From assembly GCA_012026655.1 (NCBI GenBank), contig JAAILG010001698.1, positions 1 to 63,477 of the forward strand: a stretch of 63,477 bases of DNA. The letters run 5' to 3'. Position 1 is the first letter of the stretch, and each line of letters starts with the position of its first letter. The notes under the pieces were generated by a model. That model saw nothing but the letters and a program-made list of their open reading frames with translations. It did not search any database and was not told the origin of the DNA. The stretch comes from Hydrolagus affinis (Eukaryota). Made by a program: the position numbers and the translations under genes. Shown piece after piece: positions 12,703 to 23,665 of the stretch.

Positions 12703-13443
12703 CAGTAGAAGCCCGTTTATCCGTGACTCGGTGCACCGGCACTTCCATATAACCGGCACGCCAAAAAACAAGTCCCCATTCGATACACCGGAACATATCT
12801 GAACAATAGCAGTGGAGCATTTGTAAATGCATAAATAATAACATAATAACAGAATATTGTATTGGTACTTATTGTTAAAACTACTCTCTTGCGCTTTTTA
12901 CCTTTGCTGGTAGTTTCTGCACTTGAAGTCATGATTCTGCGGTTGAGGTTTATAGTCCAGCGATTCTTTTTAAAATGGAGCACGCCAAGCGAGTGAAAAA
13001 AACTGAGCGCGTATGACTTTAAAGTCATACTAACGGCAAGTCGATAACGCTAGCCGATAACCCACATTGTCACACAGGTGCAGTATTTCGGTTTGCTGCT
13101 AGTAGAGTCTAGGGCTTCGGCTTGCAGCTAGTAAAGTCGTGCAACTTTAAAATCGTGCTGCTGTTTTTTTCACCTGCTTAGCGTCCTCCGGTTAAAAAAG
13201 AATCGCTGGACTGTAAACCTCAATCAGTAAAGGTGAGAAGTGCAAGAGTAGTTTTAACAATAAGTACCAATATAATATTCTGTTATTATCTGTTATTATT
13301 TAGTCTGGTGTGTACAGTGTGTGTTAAAAGAACTTAAATTTTTTTGTAGTTGGTTTTTGGCCGCTGCCCGCCCGAATATCTAGCAGGCGCTTTAACTGGC
13401 ATTGGCCAGGTCCCGCGGGTGCCGGATAAATGGGCTTCTACTG
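12703..13443 (-). mobile_element. Tigger/pogo-like MITE, copy 2 (fold-back)
   Basis: TA|CAGTAGAAGCCCGTTTATCCG ... CGGATAAATGGGCTTCTACTG|TA near-perfect TIR with TA TSD, an internal palindrome, and a remnant KGKKRKRVVLTI on the minus strand. Confidence 0.9.
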
Positions 13444-16194
13444 TATTGAGTTTTATGTGTTTTTCTAATAATTTTCTGCAGCACATTCAATTTCTTTTCC
13501 TGCCTTTTCCTCAGGAAAAGCTGCAGTTGAGGTCTGCCAAACCACAGTCCTCCCTCTATCTGAGACTCACATCATAAGGTTTTTTTTGACACCTCTTCCA
13601 GAGGGAAAAAAAACTTTCAAATTTGTCAGAACAGCTGAATGGAAAAGTAAAGATTGAATGTAAATGTGTGCTATAAGAAATATATATAATATATACAGTA
13701 TTTATATATATATGCAACACCTCAACACAGACCCTAGGGTATGGCCCAGTTATTTGTTTGCATTTTCCACCAAGATCTACCTTCACTCACCCAAAGCAAA
13801 TTCCTCTCTTACTTACCAGTTAAAGCTGAAGCAATGGTGTCACAATCATTAATCTTCTCTTGTGAATGTCACTGCTTATTAAGATGACGGTGCACACTGA
13901 CAATATCTACACTGACAGCCTCTCCTGACATAAGAGCTGACCAAAAACAGAATAAAGCTCAGCATAATATTGAAGCAGGATTATAAATAATAAATGATGG
14001 GAATGATTTTAAGGTATTTTCTGTTAAGCTAGTTAAAATTGTTCAGGCTTTGCTGTCGGTTTATTGCGTCATCTGGATTAGCATTGTGTTTGCTCCCAGG
14101 TAAGCAATAGAGTTGCCAGAGTTACCTCGTTCATAAGCAGAGTTATGCACATTTGTAGGAAAGGAAACCTTTATTTGGAGTTCTTGGTAATTATATTCAT
14201 CAACGCTGTGATTCTATCACAAATAATGCAAAAACCTGTGCATCATTGGAAGGCCTGTCTTTTTGAATGTAGGGGCTGAGTGGGCTCAACGCCACATTCC
14301 ACCCCACCTACAGCCTCACCTTCATTCCACCCAGACACATGGCATTTTCATTATTGTTTGCGTCTCTCACTATCTGACAGTTTGGTGGGGGGGAGAGTGC
14401 AGCAATATAAATTTACATTGGTTTACTTAAACACATTCTTTTTAAGGAAAGAAGAGCCATTGCATTTGTACTTGAGATATTAAAAGAGCTAGATGATTTT
14501 TTCGACAAAGTAACTTTCAATTTGTGTGCGTCTCCTAAAAATACTAATGCTTGAATTAATTACCGCTTTCCAAATTATTTTCCTATTTTGACCACCTTAA
14601 ATGAACAGTCCTCAGGGCAAGATGATAGTTGAATAAAATGTGATGTGATATGTGCATTTAGCTACAGCAGCACAGTGGATTAATTGTGTTTAATCTGCAA
14701 AGAGCTATGTTGGGTTTCTGGTCAGGTGAATGATGCAGGGGTGTGCCCATTTGATGTAGTCCAGTCAGAATAGTGATCCCAGGCATCAAAAGGCAAAGGA
14801 ATTTTGCCTAATCAGGGAATGAAATCGTGACTTGAGTTCTGAAGTATGGAATGCTAATTCTGAAAATCGATTGAAAATCTTTAATCCCAAATTACTGTCA
14901 TAATGTTGACTCGCCATTTTAAAATGAAGTGAAGTAAAGCGGGAGAAGGAAAATATTAAGTCTAAGTGTTCGGTGTCGGATTTTTGTCTTAGCATTCTGG
15001 CAACCTGCTTGAAAGGTAGATTGTCCAGTTCAAAAAAACTGGATTGCCTGGTGCAAAACGGCCAAGAGGGCCATGGGTGAAATAGTTGAGAGTCTTAGGT
15101 AAAATAGTTAGAAACTGAGAGAACAATTTAAAGAAGTTGACATTTAGGCTTTTTTTTAATAACTGTGCACGTCACCCTTCCAAGTTTCCGGTTCCAGCAG
15201 CAATTAATTTTTGCATTTCATTTATATGATGAAGACCGGTTTAGCAGTAACTATTTTCCACTTTCCATCCGATTACAGCTATTAATTGTGAAGGAGCTGC
15301 TATCCATGGTGATGTATTGCTAACTAAGAGACATCTATAGTTCGCAAGCATAAACATAATTTTTTTCCCTTGCTTTCTTCTTCCTTCCAGGAATGTATTT
15401 ATATAAAGATTATTTTAATATAAATCTGCAGCAGCATATGCTGACCATTAATCTTGTCTCCCAGGAATGCTCTTTGTACTCCTGTGAAAATGATGAGCAT
15501 TTTATAGCTAGTCCCTAAAGTGTATCTTCACATGCTTCCATTTTTCATTCTGAGGACGGAGGCAGGTTGTTTTTAATGATGTGCAAACCAATTACTTGAT
15601 GTGTAGCTAAAGCTACACAGTCCATGAAACACCGTTGCCTTTGCATTGGAAGTTAGGGTCCCCACATACCAGAGACACTGTAAAAGATTTCATGTTCTAA
15701 TAATGAGGTGGCATAGGAACAAGAGGTAGCTATTTAGCTTGGTGAGCTTGTTCTGCCATTCTGTTAGATCATGGTGGATCATTTAATCATGTCCATATCT
15801 TTTCTCCTTCAATATCCTTACTCACTTAAGATGTAAGTCATTCCGTTATGTGGGTTGCATTGAATTTAAATCCGAGACAGTTAAAGGTTTGCATTTCTTC
15901 AGATGTTCCACGTTGGTTTTCAAAGTCTGAATATTTTGCTAATTTATTGGGACGCTCATTTAAAAAAAAATATGAATCATCCAAATATCAATGCAAGAAC
16001 GAATTCAGACATGGTTTCGTAACTAGTCCTGCCAGCCTGCTGTTGAATGCTGATTGCTGAACTGTTAGCTGGAGATAGGCACAGCCTTTCCATTGTCACC
16101 GACATTCCCTTTTGTTTGCGTAGGTCAGGTGGTGACCATAGAAACGGGAGTTCTGTACTGTGTTGTTAGTGTCTGCGCGGGTAAATAGATGGTG

Positions 16195-16211
16195 TACTGC
16201 CATCTACTGTA
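16195..16211 (-). promoter_or_regulatory. Candidate CTCF site
   Basis: Reverse complement TACAGTAGATGGCAGTA resembles the CCAGYAGRKGGCRS consensus. Motif match only. Confidence 0.3.
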
Positions 16212-17133
16212 ATTCTCAGAAAGGCAGGTAAAAATTCTGATTGGGTTGATTTCACACAAAGTGCCACACAGCTGTAGAAGTGAATAGATGGATCAGAATT
16301 CTTGTCTGCAAAAAATATAGGATCTTTCATCGATGCCTGCAGATGGTTTGCGCAGCTGACCCTAAATGACAGTGAAACATTTTAAGAAGATTTTGTTGAG
16401 GGATTAAAAATTCCAAGTCCGTTGACTTGGGAGATAGGTTCCCCACAAAAAATGTTGTTCAGTATATATAACGAACATCTGCTTCCAAAGAGAAAACGGT
16501 GGAGTTTTGGAGACTTTTGGCTCCATTTTCTATGACCCTCGACAAGAATAGTGTTCTTTACTGGTGGTATCAGCATTAATCATTTGACTGAGCATGTGAG
16601 CTTCAGCTATCAGCTGTGTTCTAAGATGGGCTGGTCTTCAGCAATATGTCCACAGTTATGTTCACCTTGTTTGTGGGCATAGGGAAAGAGTAGCTATATT
16701 TCTGTATGCAATTGTTGTCTCTTGGGGCTGAACAATACAGAGGACAGATGCTTTGTGTAAAGAAGGGGACTTTGGAGTCAGGTATAACTGTGTCCTTTCT
16801 CAGAACATCCAGCTTCTGTCAAGTTTTTCATCCAAATGTTCTTGTGTTAGTAGCCTTAAGCAAAAACAGGTGTGGGTAGTGGTTTGGAGGTTCAAAGCAT
16901 ACCAACTTGTACCTTGAACATCAACTGTTTTTTAACAGCATTTTATCTTTGGAACTGTTAATATGCAAAGAATTCACAAATATCTCGGCTATCTATTTGT
17001 GGCTGACATTGGAGCTAGGCCAATGTCAAATATGTGAAACTCCACATGATGCTGGCTGGGATAAGGCAGATTCCTCAGCACAAAAGATCGGAAAATCCAC
17101 GAGAACATAATAATAATCCTTGTGTTTGATATA

Positions 17134-17285
17134 CAACAACAACTTGAATTTATATAGCGCCCTCCATGCCGGGCGGCGTCTCTGAGCGCTTCTCAATGGC
17201 AGAGCCCAAGGTCGAGCCAAGGGGATGGGGAAGGTGACCGTAAGTGCAGTCGAAGAGGTATAGTGCCTTAACATATCATTGAGAC
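17134..17285 (-). mobile_element. L2 LINE 3' end (second L2 family), nested in a SINE tail
   Basis: ACAACAACAACTTGAATTTATATAGCGCCCTCCATGCCGGGCGGCGTCTCTGAGCGCTT is shared with 44565-44975 and about 40957-41025. The flanks are SINE tail sequence. Confidence 0.75.
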
Positions 17286-17819
17286 TCCTCAAATGCTTCA
17301 CAGAAAATATACCGTAAAGTAAATCGATTGTATACTGTGTGGACAAAAGCATCAAAGGAAACCTCAGTGTTTCTTGTTCGCCATTGTTAGCGGTGTAGAG
17401 GTTTGATATTTGTGCAGAAAAAGTCTCCAAGCAGGGAATATCTGTACGGGGGAAAAGGGGGTAAAGTTACTGTACTCACATTATTTGCCTCTTTAGTCAA
17501 ACAATAGGCCAACAAAATTGGAAGTTCTTTGTTCTTTTGTAGACAAAATATTTTGTAGATAAAACCAGTATCTTTCTATGAATGTGTACAAACACTTACT
17601 TCCATATTTATTATTTCACAAGCAACTAATATTCGCTTTATTAAAAAAAATACAGCTACTCATTATCTACTTATCCAGGTAGGGTTTATCCCATTTGAAA
17701 TAATCAGAAATAATTCTTTTTCCCAGGACATGTGGCCACAGCTGACCCCGACTTGCGCAGTTTCTTGAAAGCCGTTACTGCTAATGAGAGAAATAAATAT
17801 TTATCCTTCTAATTAAAAA

Positions 17820-18320
17820 AAACAGCAACAAAGTTACATTTGTATCGTGCCTTTCACGTCGGGAGGACATCCCAAGTCAGTGTTTCAGACCCGAGCTGAG
17901 GTCGGGGAAGGTGGAGGAAGAGAAGGGGAGAGGAGGTGACCGATGGGACCCTCAAAGAGGAGGGTCTTGAGGCGGGACATAAAGGAGACCAGTGAGGGGG
18001 TGAGGTGGAGAGGATGAATTTGGGATGAATTTCAGAGGTTGAGGGCAGAGTGGCTGAAGGCTCGCCCGCCAATAGTGAGTTAGGTGGGTCGGGGGACGTG
18101 GACCAGCCCGGAGCCCGCTGAACGGAGGGAACGGGCAAGTTAGTAGGGGGGTTAGGAGGTCACAGCGGTGGGCAAGGCCATGAGGGCTTTAAAGGTGAGG
18201 ACCAGGATCTTGAATTGAATCCTTTCGGTGATAGGGAGCCAATGGAGTCGGATGAGAATGGAGTGTAGAACAACAACAACAAAAAAAATTACATTTATAA
18301 TGTGCCCTTCACATGGGAGA
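17820..18320 (-). mobile_element. L2 LINE 3' fragment(s)
   Basis: Reverse L2 tail (TTACATTTGTATCGTGCCTTTCACGTCGGGAGGACATCCCAAG) followed by purine-rich antisense ORF2 (GGATCTTGAATTGAATCC...GGGAGCCAATGGAG = LHWLP...IQFKIL). Confidence 0.8.
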
Positions 18321-21300
18321 AGCGGTATAGAAGGATGGAGTGGTAATTAAATTATGTGTTTAGAACATATATGATGCTTGATGAGTGTACTATGTTCTGT
18401 GCTCATAAGTGCAAAAGTAATTTGCCTTTACTTACTCTTTAAATTCCATTGTTATTGGATGTAAACATGCATGCCTGAATTTGACCAGAGACATATTTGG
18501 GAAAGGGGAATAATTCAGAGACTAATTACGTATTAACACCAATGTTTAATTATCTTCAATTAGATTAATTCAGTACTGAAACTAATGGACAGAATCCTAA
18601 GGAAAGGAATTAAATGCACAGGGCATCCCGAGAGATTCAAGACAGTTCAGAAAAATGACTTCCTAATGTACTATGACCGGTGCTGTAAAGTGTTCACGTT
18701 ATTGATATTGCAGCAAACTTCTTACTGCAAATCCTCAGGCACAAGGGACTATTAATGTGACTCTTTTAAGTCAGCGGAGATATATTGATGCATCTCCAGC
18801 GTGTCAAAACATGGTATGGCCAACAAGTTGTTATGATTTCTACATCTATTAAAGAATCCAAACAGCAATATTTGTAAATACCCTGAAATGTAACCTTGCA
18901 GTGATTACAGTAATATAAACACTGCTCACTGGGAATGCAGTTGTTCCATTCACTTTTGAGCAGTGTACTGTGCCCAACCACGACATAACTAACCAGTCTG
19001 AATAATATTAATACGGATTGTTCAGGGCAGTAGAATGCACACGCTTTGAGATCATTCAAGCTTATTCAATATAATGTCATGGTATGATGTAGATCCTATT
19101 TACTGTGCTCCCAAGATGCTATCCCAATGAAAAAAAGTCAAGATGTTTATCAGTGAACTGTGGAATAGCTACCAACCTACAGATCAACAATTTTTAACTT
19201 TCAATCAAAGAGAACATAAATTAGATTTACAAATAACAGGAGTTGCTAATACCCATAATATGGGAGTGAAATCTGATGGTTGTCATCATTACTACAACAA
19301 CACAATTACATTTGTGTAGCGCCTTTCACATCGCGAGGACATCCCAAAGCGCTGAATAGTGGTGGATCAGCAATTATGAGAGCAGTTGTAATAATTAATG
19401 AGGACAATTGTGCATTGTGCTAAATTATACTGTATACTGGATTTTTTGTACCTACTTCTGTACCTATTGAAACCTAGATGTATTTTTTGGAGAACTGTTT
19501 ATATAGGTCAGGAATTAGCTGCAGTCCATGGTTTTGCCCATAAGCACTTTTAAGTAATGTTCATCTCTAACTTTACAGTTCCCCTGCAAAACGTTATGCT
19601 TAGTCTGTGAACTTGCTCCAACGTGCGTCAATGTACATCTATACAACTGCACTGCAGATGCATAGCATCACTCAGTGTGTGAAATGAATAGATGTTTCAA
19701 ACTTACTTCTAGAATTGTTTGTATTTTCAGAATGTTTGTGTATCTACACCCTGACCAGTTGAATTTGGAAAATCAGCATTGTGACTGTTTCTTTTTACAT
19801 TTCAATTGACAACTTACTCTTGCACTTTGGGGGAATATGCATGCCTGAAATAGACCATTGGAACCTAAAGTTTGAACAATGCCACTCCTTAATCTATTTC
19901 TTCTTATATTACCTATTGCATCCTGTACCTCAAGTATCTAATTAGCTCCTTGAATTTGTTGCTGTTCAGTCCAGAGCTGCACATGAATCCTTTGTAACAG
20001 TTACCAACATTACGCTTTTTCTATGTATCTACTGTCATCAACTGACTCACATCAAGAGCGCCTCCAAAACCTCCCTCCCAACTCACTGTTTATTGAAAAG
20101 GCGTCCTTTCACGTTGAATATATAATGGATACGAAGATGTGCAGCCTATTGTACTAGCAACGGAAATCACTTTGATGGGTGAGACTCTTTGCTGTTGGTA
20201 CTGTCAGTCACTGTCAGTTCTCCTGCCAAGCTGAAATAAATAGTACACCACAATTTGCTAAAAGGGAAAGAGCGAAGCCAAGAAACCGAAGTGAAAAGCG
20301 GAGGTAGTAGAAAATGTGGATTTATGTAGAGTCTGGCAAGCAATATTATTGGGAAAATGGGGGAAAATAAGGAAATACAGATAGAATGAGACCCTTGACT
20401 AAATGGGACAATGGGAAGTGGAAAGTCCAAAATAGAAGATGAAGATTCAAGGTAGATACAGCATAACATTGACTGGCATGGGTGAGATTTTTATTGACTT
20501 CCTGAACTTGTGTTGTTTCATTGAAATGATTTCCAAGAAATTTGCACACACAAATCATTCAAAACCCAGGTTTAAAACTAGATGGGGTAGACTGGAATCT
20601 TAATATTCACCTATTTTGTTAGTTATAACCATGTAATTGCTCCCAATATAATACAGCTGGATCCTTTTATTGTTTAGTGAGATATTTATAACTGACATGT
20701 GAACAATTCAAAGGTGACAATTCACATGCATACACAAAGCAATGGCTTTCATCACCTGGGTACTGCATCACTGCAGGGAACCTTTCAATAAAGCCAGAGG
20801 ATGGTGTTGAACGCTATGCAGCTTTTTACTGGAACAACAGTATTGATGGCCTTAACATTACAAATTACCATTGTTTGCTTAAGTAACAAAATGGTATCCA
20901 CTGCTAGTAAAATGCCAGCCAAGGTTTATACAATACAATTTGCATTTATGCAACGTCTTTCATGTCAGTTTTCCATGTTTGAAAGCGCTTAACGCTGCTG
21001 GCTGCACATCCGAGCTGGGGGTGGAAGCTGAAGAGGGTGGGAGCTGAAGAGGGTGGGGAGGGAAAAGGTGACTAAAAGTGCGGGAAAAGAGGCACATTTC
21101 AAGACTGGGCTTGAATGAGAGGTGAGTGGAAGCACATCAGAGGGACTCTAGGATGGGTGGGGGCAGAATTGATATCAAATTAGATTGAGTTTTCTGAAAC
21201 AAAACATCACTGTTTCAATGAATGCTCGGAACAGCAAAAAAGCATAATTGCCTATTCTGTGTTTAGTGGGAACTTTGGTAAAGTTTAAGTAGCCTGTGAT

Positions 21301-21346
21301 AGTTCTTATTTATATCTGTAACAGTATTTTATTATCCTCTCTCCAG

Positions 21347-21404
21347 CTGTATAGATTCATGGTTTGAAGTGAATAGATCATGTCCGGAACATCCTTCAGA
21401 CTGA
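21347..21404 (+). CDS. ZNRF1: ZNRF1 last coding exon (CIDSWFEVNRSCPEHPSD*); the exon continues as UTR to the donor after 21444
   Basis: CTCTCTCCAG acceptor, phase 2 start compatible with the previous exon, TGA at 21402-21404, AAAG|GTAATT donor 40 nt after the stop. Confidence 0.95.
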
Positions 21405-22009
21405 CCTCTCCTGGCCTGCAGCTGCTTACAGCCTTTGGTTAAAGGTAATTCCCGACTGATTGATGGACCTTTTGATCCAACAATCAAGGACATTTGACGT
21501 GTACATTTTGTGTTGTTCCAATGATTGAGGGCATTTGACTTGTAAATTGCAGTCTGTTCCAATATTCAACTACATTTGACTTGTAAATTATAGCTGTGGT
21601 GAACAGCCATGATATGCCAGAAACAGTTCAGGTTTTGCTTGTAGAGGCTCAGTAATAACTCTTTTGAAATTGGGATTTCAGAAGCGAGTGGCACATTGCT
21701 GTGCCTAACTATTAGTTATATTCATAAGGGGCAAGAGCAATGCAACAAAATGCTTTTAATCCTTACCTTATTCAGATAAATACCTAAATAATAAAACAAA
21801 TAGATTTCATAGAATTGTGACACCTTTACTTTTATATTGAATGGATGCTATAGACAATCCCCTCAGATTGCACAACAAATTAGGAAAATATTGTGGCATG
21901 GTTGAGTCTTCAAAGGTCAGTTAAATGGGTTAAAACGGGGAACTTGTGGCAGCTGTCAGGCAGAGAAGAGCAATGAGGCCTACTCCCAGTGTTGAACGGT
22001 TGGGTTAAG

Positions 22010-22840
22010 ATGAGGGGATGCATAAACTGAGGCTTTTCATCCTTAAAAGACACAACTCATAGGGGACTGTGATAGAACTTTATAAGGTGCTGAATGAGAT
22101 CGAGAAGAGAAATCCAGAACAATACATGTGGATCAATCAACCAATCAATCAAACAATCAATCAATCAATCAAAACTTACATTTATATAGCGCCTTTCAAG
22201 TCGAGAGGACGTCCCAAGGCGCTGTACAGTTAGGTAGGGTGGGACAAGAGCAGGGGAGGCGGGGTCGGGGCAGGTTGAAGAAGAGTAGGAAAATTTACTG
22301 TATATTTGTGGGCAAAACGCGGCTGCCAAATTGCGCACAGCAGTGTCCCACAAACAATCACAGAAATGGGATTAAAGGAAAAGGGAGGGAAAGATGGCAA
22401 GGGGAGGGTTCGGGGTAGGGGGAAGGAGAGCAAGAAGCCGACTATACTTGTGGGCAAAACGCAGCAGACAAATTGGATGTGTTGAGATTGAGGATTTCCC
22501 CCTCCCCCTGGCTCAGCCCCGCGATCCGTTATTGTAAAGCGCTCTGAGACGCATGGAGAGCGCTATACAAATCCAAGTTGTTGTTGTTGTTGAGATGGCA
22601 GGATGGTGCATATAATGCATAACAGATTGAAAGTAATGAAGAGCAAGTCCCGGACAGACACCAGGAGATAATTCTTCACACAGAAAGTAATCAGCAGCTG
22701 GATGGTTGAAGCCAGGACAGCAATCTTATTTAAGAACCTACGTGATGCTGTAAAAAGACAGTAGGCTGGAGGGCTGCTGCTCTGGAAGGATGAGATCAAA
22801 TGGACTGAATGGAATCCTTCTTTCGTGTTGTACACTTCTT
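22010..22840. mobile_element. CR1 3' fragment interrupted by (CAAT)n, L2 and SINE pieces
   Basis: CR1-like GGCTTTTCATCCTTAAAAGACAC...ATAGAACTTTATAAG at 22030-22100 and TTCTTCACACAGAAAGT...GGACTGAATGG at 22670-22810. (CAAT)n at about 22134-22171 and L2 tails lie between them. Confidence 0.6.
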
Positions 22841-23325
22841 GAAGGTAGTATATCTTCCGAAGGTAGAACACACTTTCTCCGAGCGATGTTTTGTGTCACT
22901 GGCCGCAAATCAACATAGGATGTACCGTTGCTTCTGGTACAACTCCCCAGTTCACCATCTCTGGGTTTTGAACGTTTAGTACCGTCACAGTTGCAAACCC
23001 ACTGATACTTTTAAACTTCATCAACAACAACAACAAAATTACATTTGTATAGCTCCTTTCACATCGGGAGGACGTCCAAAAGTTAAGTTGCCACCTATAT
23101 TGTTTAACTGCCAGCTGATTGAACCGTCAGTTGCTCTTACCTGTTCTCCATTCCCAGACACGTGCTGGCCAGACTCTTGTAAGCCCCACAGTACACCCAC
23201 ATTTGCATTCTTTCTTTGGCTGCTCGACATGGTGTGAAAATAAGAGAGCCCTAGGCTCCCAGGCTGCGATTGTTGCCACTGATTCCTGAAAGTGGAGTCA
23301 GTGGTTAGAGAACTCACCTTACAAG

Positions 23326-23665
23326 AATAATAATAATCCTTGCATTTGATATAGCACTTTCCACATCTTATCAATGTTTCAAAGCACTTCACAGAATATA
23401 CTGTAAAGTGAATTGACTGTATATTTGTGAGCAAACCTTGGGTAAATTTCCTTACACCACACGCCTAATAATAATCCCTCAAAATAAAACAATAATAAAA
23501 TTGGTCATTTCAATCCACGACTGTTTGTGGGACACTGCTGTGCGCAATTGGCTGTCAAGTTTTGCCCACAAATATATAGTCAATTCACTTTACAGTATAT
23601 TCTGTGATGTACTTTGAAAAGATGTGAAAAGCACGAAATCAAATGCAAGGATTATTATTATTATT
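23326..23665. mobile_element. Inverted SINE pair: minus-strand tail (23326-23435) fused to plus-strand body and tail (23436-23665)
   Basis: AATCCTTGCATTTGAT...CACAGAATATACTGTAAAGTGAATTGACT is followed by its reverse complement AGTCAATTCACTTTACAGTATATTCTGTG...ATCAAATGCAAGGATT. Confidence 0.85.

Noticed and set aside
10696-21404. Calling the RING gene ZNRF2
   Set aside because: Diagnostic residues (CVIC, ELLQ, HKS, IDSW) and the LDHD neighbour favour ZNRF1, despite the ZNRF2-like VLSK and HPSD.
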